A stretch of DNA of 64,000 nt, taken from contig NC_058368.1 in NCBI RefSeq assembly GCF_018350175.1, forward strand, positions 200,510,001 to 200,574,000. Direction: 5' to 3'. This DNA comes from Felis catus (taxonomy: Eukaryota). Positions 13,484 through 26,623 of this stretch are shown here, in pieces. The notes under the pieces are model-generated. The model did no database searches, was not told the DNA's origin, and saw only the letters and a list, made by a program, of their open reading frames with translations. The position numbers and the translations under genes are program-made. The first letter of the stretch is position 1. Each line of letters starts with the position of its first letter.

Positions 13484-13909
13484 TTTTTTCCCCCCAGCTT
13501 TGGTGAGATATAATTGGGAAATGAAATTGTAAGATATTGAAAGTATGCAACATGATGATTTAAAATTTTTTTTTCACATTTATTTATTTTTGAAAACCAG
13601 AGTGAGAAAAGCGTGAGCAGGGGAGGGGCAGAGAGAGGAGACACAGAATCTGAAGCTAGCTCCAGGCTCTGAGTAAGCGGTCAGCACAGAGCCTGATGCG
13701 GGGCTCAAACTTATGAACTGTGAGATCGTGACCTGAGCCAAAGTCGGATGCTCAACCGACTGAGCCACCCAGGTGCCCCAACATGATGATTTTATATACC
13801 TATATATTATAATAGGATTCCTTCCATTGAGTTAATTAACAGATCCATCACCTCACATATTTATCTTTTGTGTTTGTGTGAGCACATTTAAGCTCCACTC
13901 TCTTAGCAA
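13484..13909 (-). mobile_element. L1 3' UTR fragment (L1MA-like) with a nested CAN-SINE at ~13565-13778
   Basis: cagctttggtgagatataattg L1 tail; nested SINE has TSD aacatgatgattt. Confidence 0.85.
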
Positions 13910-13970
13910 TCTTATACATTTTTAAATACTGAAAAATATTAATGATCAACTAATTCTAAAATAAGGCAGA

Positions 13971-14200
13971 GGGCGCCAGGGTGGCTCAGTAGGTTAAGTG
14001 TCTGACTTCTGCTCAGGTCATGATCTCGCAGTTCGTGAGTTTGAGCCCTGTATTGGGCTGTGTGCTGGCAGCTCAGAGCCTAGAAAGTGCTTTGGATTCT
14101 GTGTCTCCCTTTCTGTCTGTGTGTCCCTCCCCCACTCATGCTCTGTCCCTCTCAAAAATGAATAAACATTAAAATAAAATAAAATAAAATAAAATAAAAT
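13971..14200 (+). mobile_element. CAN-SINE
   Basis: TSD aaaataaggcaga; (AAAAT)n tail. Confidence 0.95.
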
Positions 14201-14396
14201 AAGGCAGAGATGTGTCTCTAGGCTCTCATTTAGTCTGTTTAAATAAATCATTTCACTATAATGTAGAGCAGTCAAACAGAGCTGTTTCGTAAGGTTCATA
14301 TAGTTAAATATATTTTGTTTGATATTGGTTATCACTTGAACCACAGGCAAACCCTTAACTGTAAATTGAGTGGTTAAAAAACATACACATACACAC

Positions 14397-14472
14397 CCCA
14401 CTAGAACACGCATAAAATTTTGTAAACCAAGTTTCATCACATTCCATTGTCATTACAGAAATGCCAAATAAC
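14397..14472 (-). pseudogene. Exon remnant: VIWHF / VMTMECDETW
   Basis: ccaacag acceptor; resembles GREB1L CVWPFIVMMDDSCVLW with a frameshift; donor uncertain. Confidence 0.6.
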
Positions 14473-14686
14473 CTGTTGGTAATGCAGTTTCACCATACTA
14501 CACTGATATTAAAAATTATAGCAGAATTGTTCTTATGTTTACACAAAAGAAAAAAAGATGAAGAGACTCTATATAAGTAAGGCATATCATTTGCACATAT
14601 TAAACCATTCCTTGGTAACATCTATTCGGGGAGGGGGGAAGGATTTCAAGTGAAATCATTCCACTTGTTTTATAAAACAGACTCAT

Positions 14687-14910
14687 GGGGCGCCTGGGTG
14701 GCGCAGTCGGTTAAGCGTCCGACTTCAGCCAGGTCACGATCTCGCGGTCCGTGAGTTCGAGCCCCGCGTCAGGCTCTGGGCTGATGGCTCAGAGCCTGGA
14801 GCCTGTTTCCGATTCTGTGTCTCCCTCTCTCTCTGCCCCTCCCCCGTTCATGCTCTGTCTCTCTCTGTCCCAAAAATAAATAAACGTTGAAAAAAAAAAT
14901 TAAAAAAAAA
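14687..14910 (+). mobile_element. Young SINEC_Fc
   Basis: CpG-rich; perfect TSD aaaacagactcat. Confidence 0.97.
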
Positions 14911-15048
14911 CAGACTCATGAAAACCTGTTGGAATATATATACATACATATAGATACATACATATAGATACATATATATATATATATATATACACATATA
15001 TATATAGACAAATAATTCCACTTTTCTTCAAATAGTGAATTTCCCTAC

Positions 15049-17712
15049 TGTATCCAAGTTTAGGCCAACATCTGCTTCTAACATTCTCCAGTAGTTTTTG
15101 GCAAGTGTGTGCAAATTAATTATTCATCTTTAGCATCATTATCATCTGTTTGGATCTTTGACACTTATTTGGCTAAATAATCCAAATTATTTCTTTGCTT
15201 AATCATACTCCATCATTTAGTCCATTAGAGTATCTGTCCAAATGATGTAAGTGACAGCAGGTAGTTTCAATTAGTACTTATATTGTTATATGATTAATTC
15301 TTGAACATAAGGAGGATACTCTTCCCAGACACTTAATAGTTGAAGGTGAAACACTTTGACAGAAAACGTACTCCTAATATTAAGACTGTTCCAGCTCATC
15401 AGATTCTAAATGAGGTGTCTGCATTTACTGCGTAAGATTACTGTAAGTACCCCATAACATCCTCATCATTCTTAAAGGCATGCAAATGTTAGTGGTGAAA
15501 AGTTAAAGACTGACTTTTAAATTAAAATTATATGAAGGTGAATAATATCAATATGTATTATTTTGAAGGTATTAGATACTAATTTATTGTCTTCCAACGT
15601 TCTTATTCCCACCATCTTTAAGCCCACTCTTTTCTGTACACTTGAATCTCCTGCAAAAATCCTTTGACCATTTTCAGTAAAGAGGTCAATCTGATGAACG
15701 AAGAGCTCCTATGAAACCTGAGTAATTAATTGCTTTTATCTTTCTTTATAATTCTTCTGATAAATGCTTTTGCCACTCTCCTTAGTCTCCTTAACCCTCA
15801 TACGGACTTGAACAACATTAGAGGTTAGTCATTTTGGTGGCAATATTCCCTGTCTATAATTCTATGGTCTCAGGTGCATTGACATATTTGAGAACGAAAT
15901 AGTTTTAAATTCCACTGTTCTTATGTTGTTACTATAAAACATTACATATTTTCACCTACATATTTTCCAAATGAATGTACTTTAAGTGTTTTTTAACTAT
16001 AGTGATCTCTTTCCCTTCGCTTAAACAGATGTGATCATTTTTTTTTTTGAGTGAGACACATCTGGAAATATTCCTTCTGCCATTTCCTTATCTGCGTTAG
16101 ACTCCCCACAATTCTGATACAATGAACACATGAGGTTTCTTTCATTCACCTTCTTTCTAGCAGTGTGAAATTTACTCTTGATATTCTCTTACACTATTAT
16201 CTCAACTCAAATTGGCCTTTTTAATTGTCCTTGATATTTTAATGATTAAAGAACACAGTGCACAAAGATGCCATGAACCATGTTGTTGAGATAATTCTCG
16301 TTACATACACAAAGAAAGATGTATGGATTTAGTTTGATCTTTGCCTTCAAACATTCAATAGAAGCATTTTGTGAGTACATGCAGATTCACTGCCCAATTC
16401 TCCATCAATGTGCTCTGAGAACAGTGAGAAGCGTGGTCAGCTGTAGCTTCTGTCTTAGTGGCAGGTAGCTATTTTGTCTGAGGTCACATGTCTTCCACAC
16501 ATTCTGCATTTAATAACTCATCAACAAGTGGAATAAAGTTCCGGTTTTCTTGGTCCAACACAGTATAAGGACCACTTTATTTCTAGATCTTCTTGTAAGG
16601 TTGGCCAAGTCTCTCATGAGGTCTGTACTGCAGTTTGCCTTCTTTCTGTGTCCAGTACTGTGATCCCTCCCTGGCAAAGCTGCAATGCAGCTGTAAAGAC
16701 CAATTTCATCATTTTGGTGCACAAAGTGTGGAAGTGTGTTTCACAGCGTTAAAAGCACAAAAAGGAGTGAAGATTATATTCGTATTAACTTTTCTGCATG
16801 ATTCTCTTCTTGGAGCAATCACAATTTTAGGCTTATGAGAATTAGCTATAACACGTCTCTCTGTAATCACAGATCTGGATTGGAGAGGCTACCCAGACAG
16901 ATGGTGTATTTGAGTGGCATATCTAAATACCAGAGGAGTAAGGCAAAAGAATCTAATAGATAATCTTTCCAAAGACACCTTACAAAATCAAGAAGTTGGT
17001 TCTTCAGAGTGACCTATTTCAACTTCAGTTACTATTAGCCACCAACAGATCTATAGTATTTTACAGTCTTATAATGATAAATTAGCATTCAAGAGCTTTT
17101 CCTTTCCAGGTTTCTATGGCAACCTCTGTACCACATACTCATTAGAAAGAACTTCTGTTTAATTGATCTACTAATGTATTGCTTAATAGTAACTGTTAAG
17201 CAGTCTTTTGTTTCCAGGTCATATTTAGGGTTCACATATTTGCATAAAAGCATTTCGTTAGCTGAAACCAATCATTACTAGTAATTTTCTTTCTTTAGTT
17301 TAAAATAACTAAACCCTCATTGAGATTTTCTGAATAGCAAATATTTATATCTTGGAGAATAGGCTTTCTGTATGAGCTTGGCTTGCTTTGTTTCTGTGTG
17401 CAGCAAGAAAATTACAGAGCTTGAAAATGTTAATCAGTGAAGACAAAAAGAAGGTGTCTTTTTCTCCAGTTGAAATGCAAATTTACAGTGACGCTAACTA
17501 TAGGCCATATCCAATATTTGATGACAAAGTTGTAATGGATAAATATAATTTAGAATGCATAGTAGTTATCCACTGTATAAGTTTCACTAATTGGAATTTT
17601 CATATGTTTCATTCAATGCAATTGAGACACTCTTTTCTGAGCTTTTCTTGTATTTCAAGCCCATCCAAAGGACGAAGATTGAAAGTGTATTTATCACAGG
17701 GTTTAAGTTAGC
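15049..17712 (-). pseudogene. Large (~2.66 kb) decayed exon leading into the TAGT glycosyltransferase-like domain
   Basis: ttatttctag acceptor; ACA|gtaggg donor in phase with the next exon; ECLNCIE~HCEQCRQ, VNLHFNWRKRHLLFVF~VQLYFIIPKSKESHFVF, PSTIKCLGR~PIFTPSSGR; many stops and frameshifts. Confidence 0.7.
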
Positions 17713-18184
17713 CTAGAAATAAACACTAATACACATAATCAGTCCCTAAGTTAATTGGGTATTCGGGGCAGGATAGGGAGCTAACACTTATTGAAATATA
17801 GCACCAAGTATATTTATCGAACTAAAACACCAAGTATATTCTAGACTAGGAACTTGAAATATGGTAAGCCACTCAGTTAGCAGAAACAATATTTCCATTT
17901 CAGAGATAAAAAAGATTCATTTTTAAAAAATTCTGAATCACCTAATTGGCTCATTCAATAAATATCAATTTGACACATACAATGTGCCAAAAGGCATTAA
18001 AACTAAACTACTAAGACAAGCAAAGATTTATACTCATGAAGTATACATACTAGCTCATATTACATTAAAAAATCATTAAGCAAATATTTGAATTCTGTCA
18101 TGTGCCAGATAGGTACTGGGCAATGTGACACTATATCATAAGGTGATATCCAACATCATTATGCTAATTAATTATGGATCCCAA

Positions 18185-18186
18185 TT

Positions 18187-18221
<35 letters not shown>

Positions 18222-18428
18222 TTTTCAACGTTTATTTATTTTTGGGACAGAGAGAGACAGAGCATGAACGGGGGAGGCGCAGAGAGAGAGGGAGACACAG
18301 AATCGGAAGCAGGCTCCAGGCTCTGAGCCATCAGCCCAGAGCCTGACACGGGGCTCGCACTCACGGACCGCGAGATCGTGACCTGGCTGAAGTCGGACGC
18401 TTAACCGACTGCGCCACCCAGGCGCCCC
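18185..18428 (-). mobile_element. Young SINEC_Fc
   Basis: TSD tggatcccaattttat. Confidence 0.97.
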
Positions 18429-19119
18429 TGGATCCCAATTTTATACTCAAGTCTTTGATTCCAAATCCTATTCTCTTTCCATTGTAATCTCCGTGTTGGA
18501 ATGTTTACTTTAGCTAAAAAGAAGAGACCTTGCCATCTCTGATCCATCTCAACTACTATTGATGTTAGTAGTAGTTCTTGTTCTTCCACAGATCTCACTT
18601 TTTGTAGTCAGATTCCTGCCATCCTTTAGGAGAAGAATAATTTCCCACACCATCAATTCTATAGTTCAGAGTTGCCTGAAATGGTAATTATATTAAGCAA
18701 ATATTCACCCAGAGTAAGGAAAGTAGAGTGGGAGAAGGGAGAAGTGGTTTAGAACATGAACATTGGGATTCATTACCGCTGAGATCAAATGATTGTGCTT
18801 GTGTTGTGCAAACCAAGACAAGTTGCTCAATTTCTCTTATCTATAAAATGGTAGTAATCAATACGATATATTACAGTGCCTAGAATATCTTGAGCATTGC
18901 ACAATTAAATTTCTTGGGTTTTGCTCTTATTATTTTTGGTGAACAATAGAGTAGATATAGATACTGGTGAACAATAGAGTAGATATAGAAGGGAACTCCA
19001 TATGTCCATTTCTCCTGGAAAAAATAAAGGATACAAAGAAATATCAAATCATGTATTTATAAGTACACTTAAAATACAGAATAAGTTTTAAAAGACGAGC
19101 AATATATTTATGTATCACA

Positions 19120-19700
19120 TTAAGTTTGGGTAACAAAGGAGAAAGGAGCCAAATTGGATGGGTTGGGCAGGAAGAGCGTTCCTAAGTGACTCAAGAGGAG
19201 CTAACGAGTGACAGTTGTTATTAACCCTGCTGTTGAATTTTAATTCTGGCAAGTGGAGTAAAACTTTTGTCATATCAGTTGAGGTAATGACAGAAGAGAA
19301 CATAAAATATTTGTACATATCATGGGAGTTATTTTAAGAGTAATGGACCCCTCTGCATGATGTAATCATTGAGGAGCTGGATGCAGGAAATACTTGTGAT
19401 AAAAATCCTGGACCACTGTGTAGGGAGTATTCTAAACACTGTCTTTTCCCAACCCAAAGCTTATGTCCAATGTGTTGTCCTTTTTGTTTCTTCTATATAT
19501 GTGGTCTGTGTCCAATTATTCGTAGAATTGAAATAGAAAAAATACCATTACTTCTCTATTGCAGGCTCTTAATATCAACACTGTGGTCTATGGCAACTGC
19601 CTCTTTCTTGAAAGTTCTGACTCCAGTTTATCTCCATTTTAATCCACACTTGAGGAATTTCAAAATTGTGTTTCTTCCTTTTGAGTATTGTATTTGGGGA
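19120..19700 (-). pseudogene. Probable exon remnant
   Basis: About 190 codons in one frame with only ~4 stops in AT-rich DNA, running into ORF 19115..19318; boundaries not identified. Confidence 0.4.
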
Positions 19701-21548
19701 AAATTCTATTTTTCATTAAAGTTCAGTTCTTTTACCAACAGTATATGTTTTTCCAAAATGAATTTTTATTTTCTAATTTTAAAAGTAATGCATGTTAATA
19801 ATATATTCAGCAGGTGTAAAGAAACAAAAAGAATAAGAACACCACAATTGTATGTTTGCTATAACTATCTCAATCAAAATTAGCTATAAATTCATGATGT
19901 TTTATAGTCTACTTTTTCTTGTAACAGTGCACGAGGGACATATTTGCAAGTCAATAAATATACCTCATTATTTAATAGTTGCATATTCATTCAGTGGGTA
20001 TTCAATGATTATAACCTCAATGTTATGCTTCAGTGAGCAAACAGTGAGTGAATTAAACAGAGTTCTTGTCTTCATATAAATTTGCCATGCATATAAATTG
20101 GCATCCTTATTTCATAGATTAAACACACACTATTGGATTTGTTCAAATTACTTCAATTTCTGCCCTCATGGAGTTTATAGTGTCTTGGAGAGGCAGGCAT
20201 AATTACACAAACATTAATTACAGCCCTCTTAGATTCTATAGAGAAAAAAATACAGGGTACTCTGAGAATATGAAACTGAGGGGTATGAGTTCCCCTGGTG
20301 CGGGGGTTTACTCGGAAAGATGAAGGATGAATAACAGGTACAGAGTTGGTGATGATGATCTGCAGGTGGAGGACAGATAAAGTGTGAGAATAGTACAAGC
20401 TCAGTCATCTCCTGATTTTTTGGAGGGGGGAGGTTTCGTAAGATTTGTGAAATCACAGAGGAGAGACACCACCATTGGACTCATATGTTAGTCACAGACT
20501 CCTTGGTGTTTAATTTGCTCCCCCACTCTGCTTTCCTGCAAATTTGTTCTGTTCCAACTTTGCCTTTCTTCTCAAAGTCTTGATTTTATTATAGAACTTC
20601 CCTAAGAATATTCACTATCCTGGGGCATTTAGAATCGTCTGCGACTCTAATTTTCTCATAGAGAAAATGGTAATTCAATTAATTAAAGAGACTGTTTTGA
20701 CTTTGATACATAGATATTATTAAAGAATCATTTTGGAAAACTTAAAGAATATTACTCATTTGTTTTAAAACTATTGCACAAAATACTCAAGAAAATAAAA
20801 ACTACCAAACAAGTCAGAAAAAGCAAATTGTAAAAAATATTTTAAAAATGCTAAACAAATAAAAGAACAACACCAAAAAAACCTTTTTGTAAAAATGCAT
20901 AAAATTATCTTGTTAAGAGATAATGAATCTTAGATTAGCTCAAAATATGTCAGTTTATGACATTTACGAACAAACTGATGCAAAATAATAAAAACATTTT
21001 TCAAAGGAATGATATCTGAAATGTCGGGGGCAAAAAAGGAGGAATTGCAATATGTGTAGTAAATTAAATGGAAAGAGAGAGTCATTCCACATCAATAGAG
21101 AAAATGCAAAATGAAAATATAAGTGTCAAAAATCAACATGCTAAATAGCATTATATTGCAAATATACATGGAAATTATTAGAAAAAGAAAATTGATAAAA
21201 ACACAATTGTTGAAACAGATTTAGCAATCCTTCTAAGCTTTTGGTATATGAAGAATGCAAAACAGTCTGAATATTATAATTAATGCAACCGATTAAATAG
21301 GTACCTACTTACCTTCATGCTATACCCCACTATATACACACACACACAAATGTAAATGTGTGTTGATATATACATATCTACATAACACATGACATATGTT
21401 GTACATAATAGACATAATATATTTTCTGGTATATACTTTTCTGGTTTTATTTTCCATTATATTCATTTTCTTATATTATTATATGTTATAGTTTTCTATT
21501 ATGCTATCACTTTCCTTTTTGGAATTGTGATTTGAAGTGTCTGCTCTT

Positions 21549-21756
21549 GGGGCGCCCGGGTGGCTCAGTCAGTTAAGCGTCCAACTTCAGCTCAGGTCAT
21601 GATCACATGGCTCATGAGTTTGAGCTCCGTGTCAGGTTCTGTGCCGACAGCTCAGAGCCTGGAGCCTGCTTCAAATTCTGTGTCTCCCTCTCTCTCTCTC
21701 TCTCTGCCCCTCCCCTGCTTGCTCTCCCTCTCTCTCTCAAAACTAAACATTAAAAA
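21549..21756 (+). mobile_element. CAN-SINE
   Basis: Head, CT tract, degenerate TSD. Confidence 0.95.
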
Positions 21757-21876
21757 CGTGTCCTCTCTTAAGAAATTATATATTCATAATTATATATATA
21801 TGTATATATATAAGCAGTTAGCAAAAAGCAATTATATATTTATAATATGAGTGTGTGCTTATACGTACATACATAT

Positions 21877-24800
21877 GAAAGAGGAAGACTTTTGTTTTAA
21901 TTTTTATTTACTGAAAAGTTTTTAACCCCTTTACTGAGGAATTTTTGACAAAAAAAAAAGAAACTACACATATTTGAAGTATGCAATTTCATACATTTTG
22001 ACATATGTATTTACTAGTGAACCCATTAACCCAAACAAGATAGTGAACATAAATTCATTATTCCCAAAAGTTATTCACAAAAGTTTCTTCAAGTACTTTT
22101 ATAATCTCTCTCTCCTGCCTGTCTCTTCCTCCTAACCCTGGTCCCAGGCAGCAACTGATCTCCTTCAGTTTGTAGATTAGATTAGTTTGTATTTTCTAAA
22201 ATTTATATGGAGGAATTCATATAATATGTGTTCTTTTTTATAGGTCTTCATTTGCTCAACATAATAATTTTGAGATTAATCTGTATAGGTACTTTAGTCA
22301 ATAGTTCATTCCTTTTTTTTAAATTATTTATTTATTTTGAGAGAGAAAGAGAGAGAGTGAGCGAGTACAGTGGAAGAGAGAGAGACAATCCCAAACAGAC
22401 CCTATGCCCAGCAAAGAGCCCAAAATGGGGCCCAGTCTCACAACCATGAGATCATGACCATGAGGTCATGACCTGAGCCTAAATCAAGAGTTGGATGCTT
22501 AACCGACTGAGGCACCTAGTCTTCCCATTCCTGTTTAGTGCAGAGGGGAATTCCATTATACAGATAATACCACAATTTGTTCTTTCATTCATCTGTTGAT
22601 AGCTATTTGGGTCACTTTCAATTTTGGCTGCTATGACTATCCATGTACAACTCTTTGTATGGATATAAACTTTGATTTCTCCTAGATAAATACCTAGAAG
22701 TGGAATGACCGGATGATATGACAAGTTATCTGTAGCTTTTTAAGAAACTGCCAAACTCTTTTCCCAAGTGGTTGTAACATTCTCTGCTCTCACCATCTGT
22801 GCAGTTCCATTTGCTTCATGTCTTTGCTGTCACTTGTTACAGTCTAAAGATGATGTGCTTATTTGACACTTCTCTATCCTCTTTCATGAAGTGTCTGAAC
22901 CTTTTTGTTATTTTTAATGAAGTGTTTGTTTTCTTATTTTTTACTTTAGAGAGTATTTTTTAATGTTTATTTATTTTTGAGAGAGTGAGAGAGAGAGAGA
23001 GAGAGAGCGAGCGCAAGTGGGGGAAGGGCAGCGAGAGAGATGCAGACACAGAATCCGAAGCAGGCTTCATGCTCTGAGCTGTCAGCACAGAGCCTGACTG
23101 ACATGGGTCTCGAATCTATGAGCTGTGAGATCATGACTTGAGCCAAAGATGGATGCTCAACTGACTGAGCCACCCAGGCACCTTAAGTTGTTTTTATATT
23201 CTGGATACAATTCTTATTTTATATAATTTGAAAATATTTCTCCAAGTTTGTAACTACTCTTTTCAGTTTGTAACTGTCCTTTTGTTTGTTTCAAATTATT
23301 ATTAAATCCTAGTTATCATATAGTGTAATATAGATTTCAGGAGTAGAATTTAGTGATTCATCATGTACATATAACACCCAGTGCTCATCACAAGTGCCCT
23401 CCTTAATACCCATCACCCATTTAGCCGATCCCCTGCCCACCTTCCGTCCCTCAACCCTCAGTTTGTTCTCTATAGTTAAGAGTCTCTTATGGTTTGCTTC
23501 CCTCTCTCTTCTTTTTTTTCCCTTTCTTTATATTCATCTGTTTTGTGTCTTAAATTGCACATATGAGTGAATTCATATGGTAGTTGTCTTTCTCTGACTG
23601 ACGTTTTCGCTTATAGTAATAGACTCTAGCTTTATCCACATCATTGCAAATGGCAAGATTTCATTCTTTTGATGGCTAAGTAATATTCCATTGAAAATAT
23701 ACACTACATCTTTATCTATTCATCAATTGATGGACATTTGGGCTTTCTCCATAGTTTGGCCATCATTGATATGATACTACATACATCAGGATGCATGTGC
23801 CCCTTTGAATCAATATTTTGTATCCTTTGGGTAAATACCTATAGTGCAATTGCCAGATCATAGGGTCATTCCATTTTTTATTGGTTATTTTAATTTATTA
23901 ACTTTTTAAATTTACATCCAAGTTAGTTAACATATAGTGCAAAAATGATTTCAGGAGAAGAATCCAGTGATTCATCATCACCTACATATAACAGCCACTG
24001 CTCATCCCAACAAATGTCCTCCTTAATGCCCTTTGCCCAGTTAGCCCACCCCCCACCCCAAAGCCCTCTAGCAACCCTCAGTTTGTTCTCTGTATTTAAG
24101 GGTTTCTTATGGTTTGTCCCCCTCCATGTTTTTATATTATTTTTGCTTCCCTTCCCTTACGTCTATCTGTTTTATATCTTAAATTCCACATATGAGCAAA
24201 GTCATATGGTATTTGTCTTTCTCTGACTGATTTTACTTAACATAATACACTCTAGTTCCATCCATGTTGTTGAAAATGGCAAAATTTCTTTCTTTTTGAT
24301 CACCGAATGTACACTACTTCTTTATGCATTCATCAGTTGATAGACATTTGGGCTCTTTCCACACTTTGGCTATTGTCAATAGCACTGTTATAAACATTGG
24401 GGTGCATGCGCCCCTTCAAAACAGCAATCCTGTATCCCTTGGATAGATACCTAGTAGTGCAATTGCTGGATAATAGGGTAGTTCTAGTTTTAATTTTTTG
24501 AGGTACCTCCATACTGTTTTCCAGAGTGACTGCACCAGTTTGCATTCCCACCATCATTGCAATAGAGTTCCTCTTTCTCTGAATCCTTGCCAACATCTGT
24601 TGTTGCCTGAGATGCTAATTTTAGCCATTCTGACAGGTGTGAGTTGGGATTGTGGTTTTGATTTGTATTTCCCTGATGATGAGTTGATGTTGAGCATCTT
24701 TTCATGTGTCTGTTAGCCATATGGATGTCTTCTTTGGAAAAGTGTCTATTCATGTCTTCTGGCCACTTCTTACTGGATTATTTTTCTTTTGGGTGTTGAG

Positions 24801-25688
24801 TTTGATAAGTTCCTTATAGATTTTTATATATTTTAGATGCTAACCCTTTATCAGTTATGTTATTTGCAAATATATTCTCCTATTCCAAAGGCTGTTTTTT
24901 AGTTTTGTTGATTGTTTCTTTGCTGTGCAGAAGCTTTTTATCTTGATGGAGTTCATTTTTGCTTTTGCTTCCCTTGCCTCTGGAAACATATCTGGTAAGA
25001 GGTTGCTATAGCTAAGGTCAGAAAGTTTTCTGCCTATATTCTCCTCTAGAATTTTGATGGTTTCCTGTGTCACATTTAGATCTTTCATCTATTTTGAATT
25101 TATTTTTGTGTATGGTGTTTGGAAGTGGTTCAGTTTCATTCTTCTGCATGTTGTTGTACCAAAGACTCCACTAAAAAATTGTGAGAACTGATATACAAAT
25201 TAAACAAAGTCACAGGATATAAAATTGATGTACAGAAATCTGTTGAATTTCTATATGACAATAATGAAGAAGTAGAAAGAGAAATAAAGGAATTGGTCCC
25301 ACTTACAATTGCACCCAAAACCATGATACCTAAGAATAAACTTAAACAAAGAAGTAAAAGATGTATACTCTGAAAACTATAGAAGATTTATGAAAGAAAC
25401 TGAATAAGATACAAAGAAATGGAAAAACATCCATGCTCATGAATTGGAAGAACAAATATTGTTAAAATGTCTATACTACCCAAAGTGATCTACACATGTA
25501 ATGCAATTCCTGTCAAAATACCACCAGCATTTTTTACAGAGTTAATACAAACAATCCTAAAATTTGTAGGGAATAACAAAAAAATCCCAAATAGCCAAAG
25601 AAATCTTGAAAAAAAAACAAAGATGGAGGCATCACAATCCCGGACCTCAAGCTATATTACAAAGCTGCAGTCAGAAAGAGGAAGACTT
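21877..25688 (-). mobile_element. Composite L1 insertion: 5'-inverted L1 (25158-25673 plus; ~23880-25157 minus) with ~2 kb 3'-transduced DNA (older L1 3' ends; SINEs at 22313-22525 and 22956-23183)
   Basis: Perfect 15-bp direct repeat gaaagaggaagactt at 21877-21891 and 25674-25688. Confidence 0.8.
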
Positions 25689-25719
25689 CAAATAATGATT
25701 TAGAAAGAGAAAACCATAA

Positions 25720-26190
25720 TAGAATAATGTATAATATAATAACATAACTCACATATTAAATATATCAAAATAAAATAGGGAATTATATATAATAGTATGT
25801 GTTAGTATATATATTATATTTTGTATAATTATATGGCATATATTACTGTACATTAGAAGTAATCTAATTAATATAATATTAATTATAAGTAGTATAGTAT
25901 AATTATAATGTTATATAATATAATTATATCATTTACACAATTATATAATATATTATATAGTATATATGATTATAATTATATAATATATATCATATATAAT
26001 AATTATAATATAAATAATATATAAGTAATATAATATTAGTTATATTAATTAAATATATTCTGTAATTGCTAAATATATGTGAATATTTAGTAGATATTTG
26101 TATATATGTATTTGTTCTATATATATGCAAATATATATTAAAATATATCATCTTATTATATTTGTATATTTATTCCTTTATTATTTTATT
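25720..26190. repeat. AT-rich low-complexity (TA/TAA) tract
   Basis: Almost entirely A/T. Confidence 0.9.
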
Positions 26191-26401
26191 TATTTTCTTA
26201 AGGGAAACAGCCTTCCAAATCATGATTTTAGAAAAAAAAAGAGAAACCATAATAGTAAATACTGGCTGTGTAACTATATTAAGGCACAAATACTGTTAAA
26301 ATATGAAAACTGGATAAAAATGAAAACGATATATATGATGATACGTATTAAAGGATTTCACATTAAAAACCTTAGTGTAAAGTACTATCTTTTAAAATTG
26401 A

Positions 26402-26623
26402 TTTTTTTTTAATTTTTTTTTTCAACATTTTATTTTATTTTTGGGACAGAGAGAGACAGAGCATGAACGGGGGAGGGGCAGAGAGAGAGGGAGACACAGA
26501 TTCGGAAACAGGCTCCAGGCTCTGAGCCATCAGCCCAGAGCCCGACGCGGGGCTCGAACTCACGGACCGCGAGATCGTGACCTGGCTGAAGTCGGACGCT
26601 TAACCGACTGCGCCACCCAGGCG
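26402..26623 (-). mobile_element. Young SINEC_Fc
   Basis: TSD taaaattgattttt; CpG-rich. Confidence 0.97.

Larger units (their letters stand above)
12887..14358 (-). pseudogene. Exon remnant interrupted by a SINE and an L1+SINE: KGLPVVQVITNIKQ...KTGIHLIHF / KVKTLRVGG...YFCPP / FQMDKYLH
   Basis: tttacag acceptor; resembles GREB1L KNVSLKTVLQHIE, SSGLLICRF, MKKHVQVGG, YICAP and FLLEKFLQH in the same order. Confidence 0.7.

Noticed and set aside
17670..17712. LKPCDKYTFNLR as a fibronectin type III motif
   Set aside because: Isolated short match; the surrounding exons fit the GREB1 motif order instead.
19470..19883. 137-aa plus-strand ORF (also 17388-17711 and 62094-62339)
   Set aside because: No recognisable protein; these lie antisense to pseudo-exons or in AT-rich DNA.
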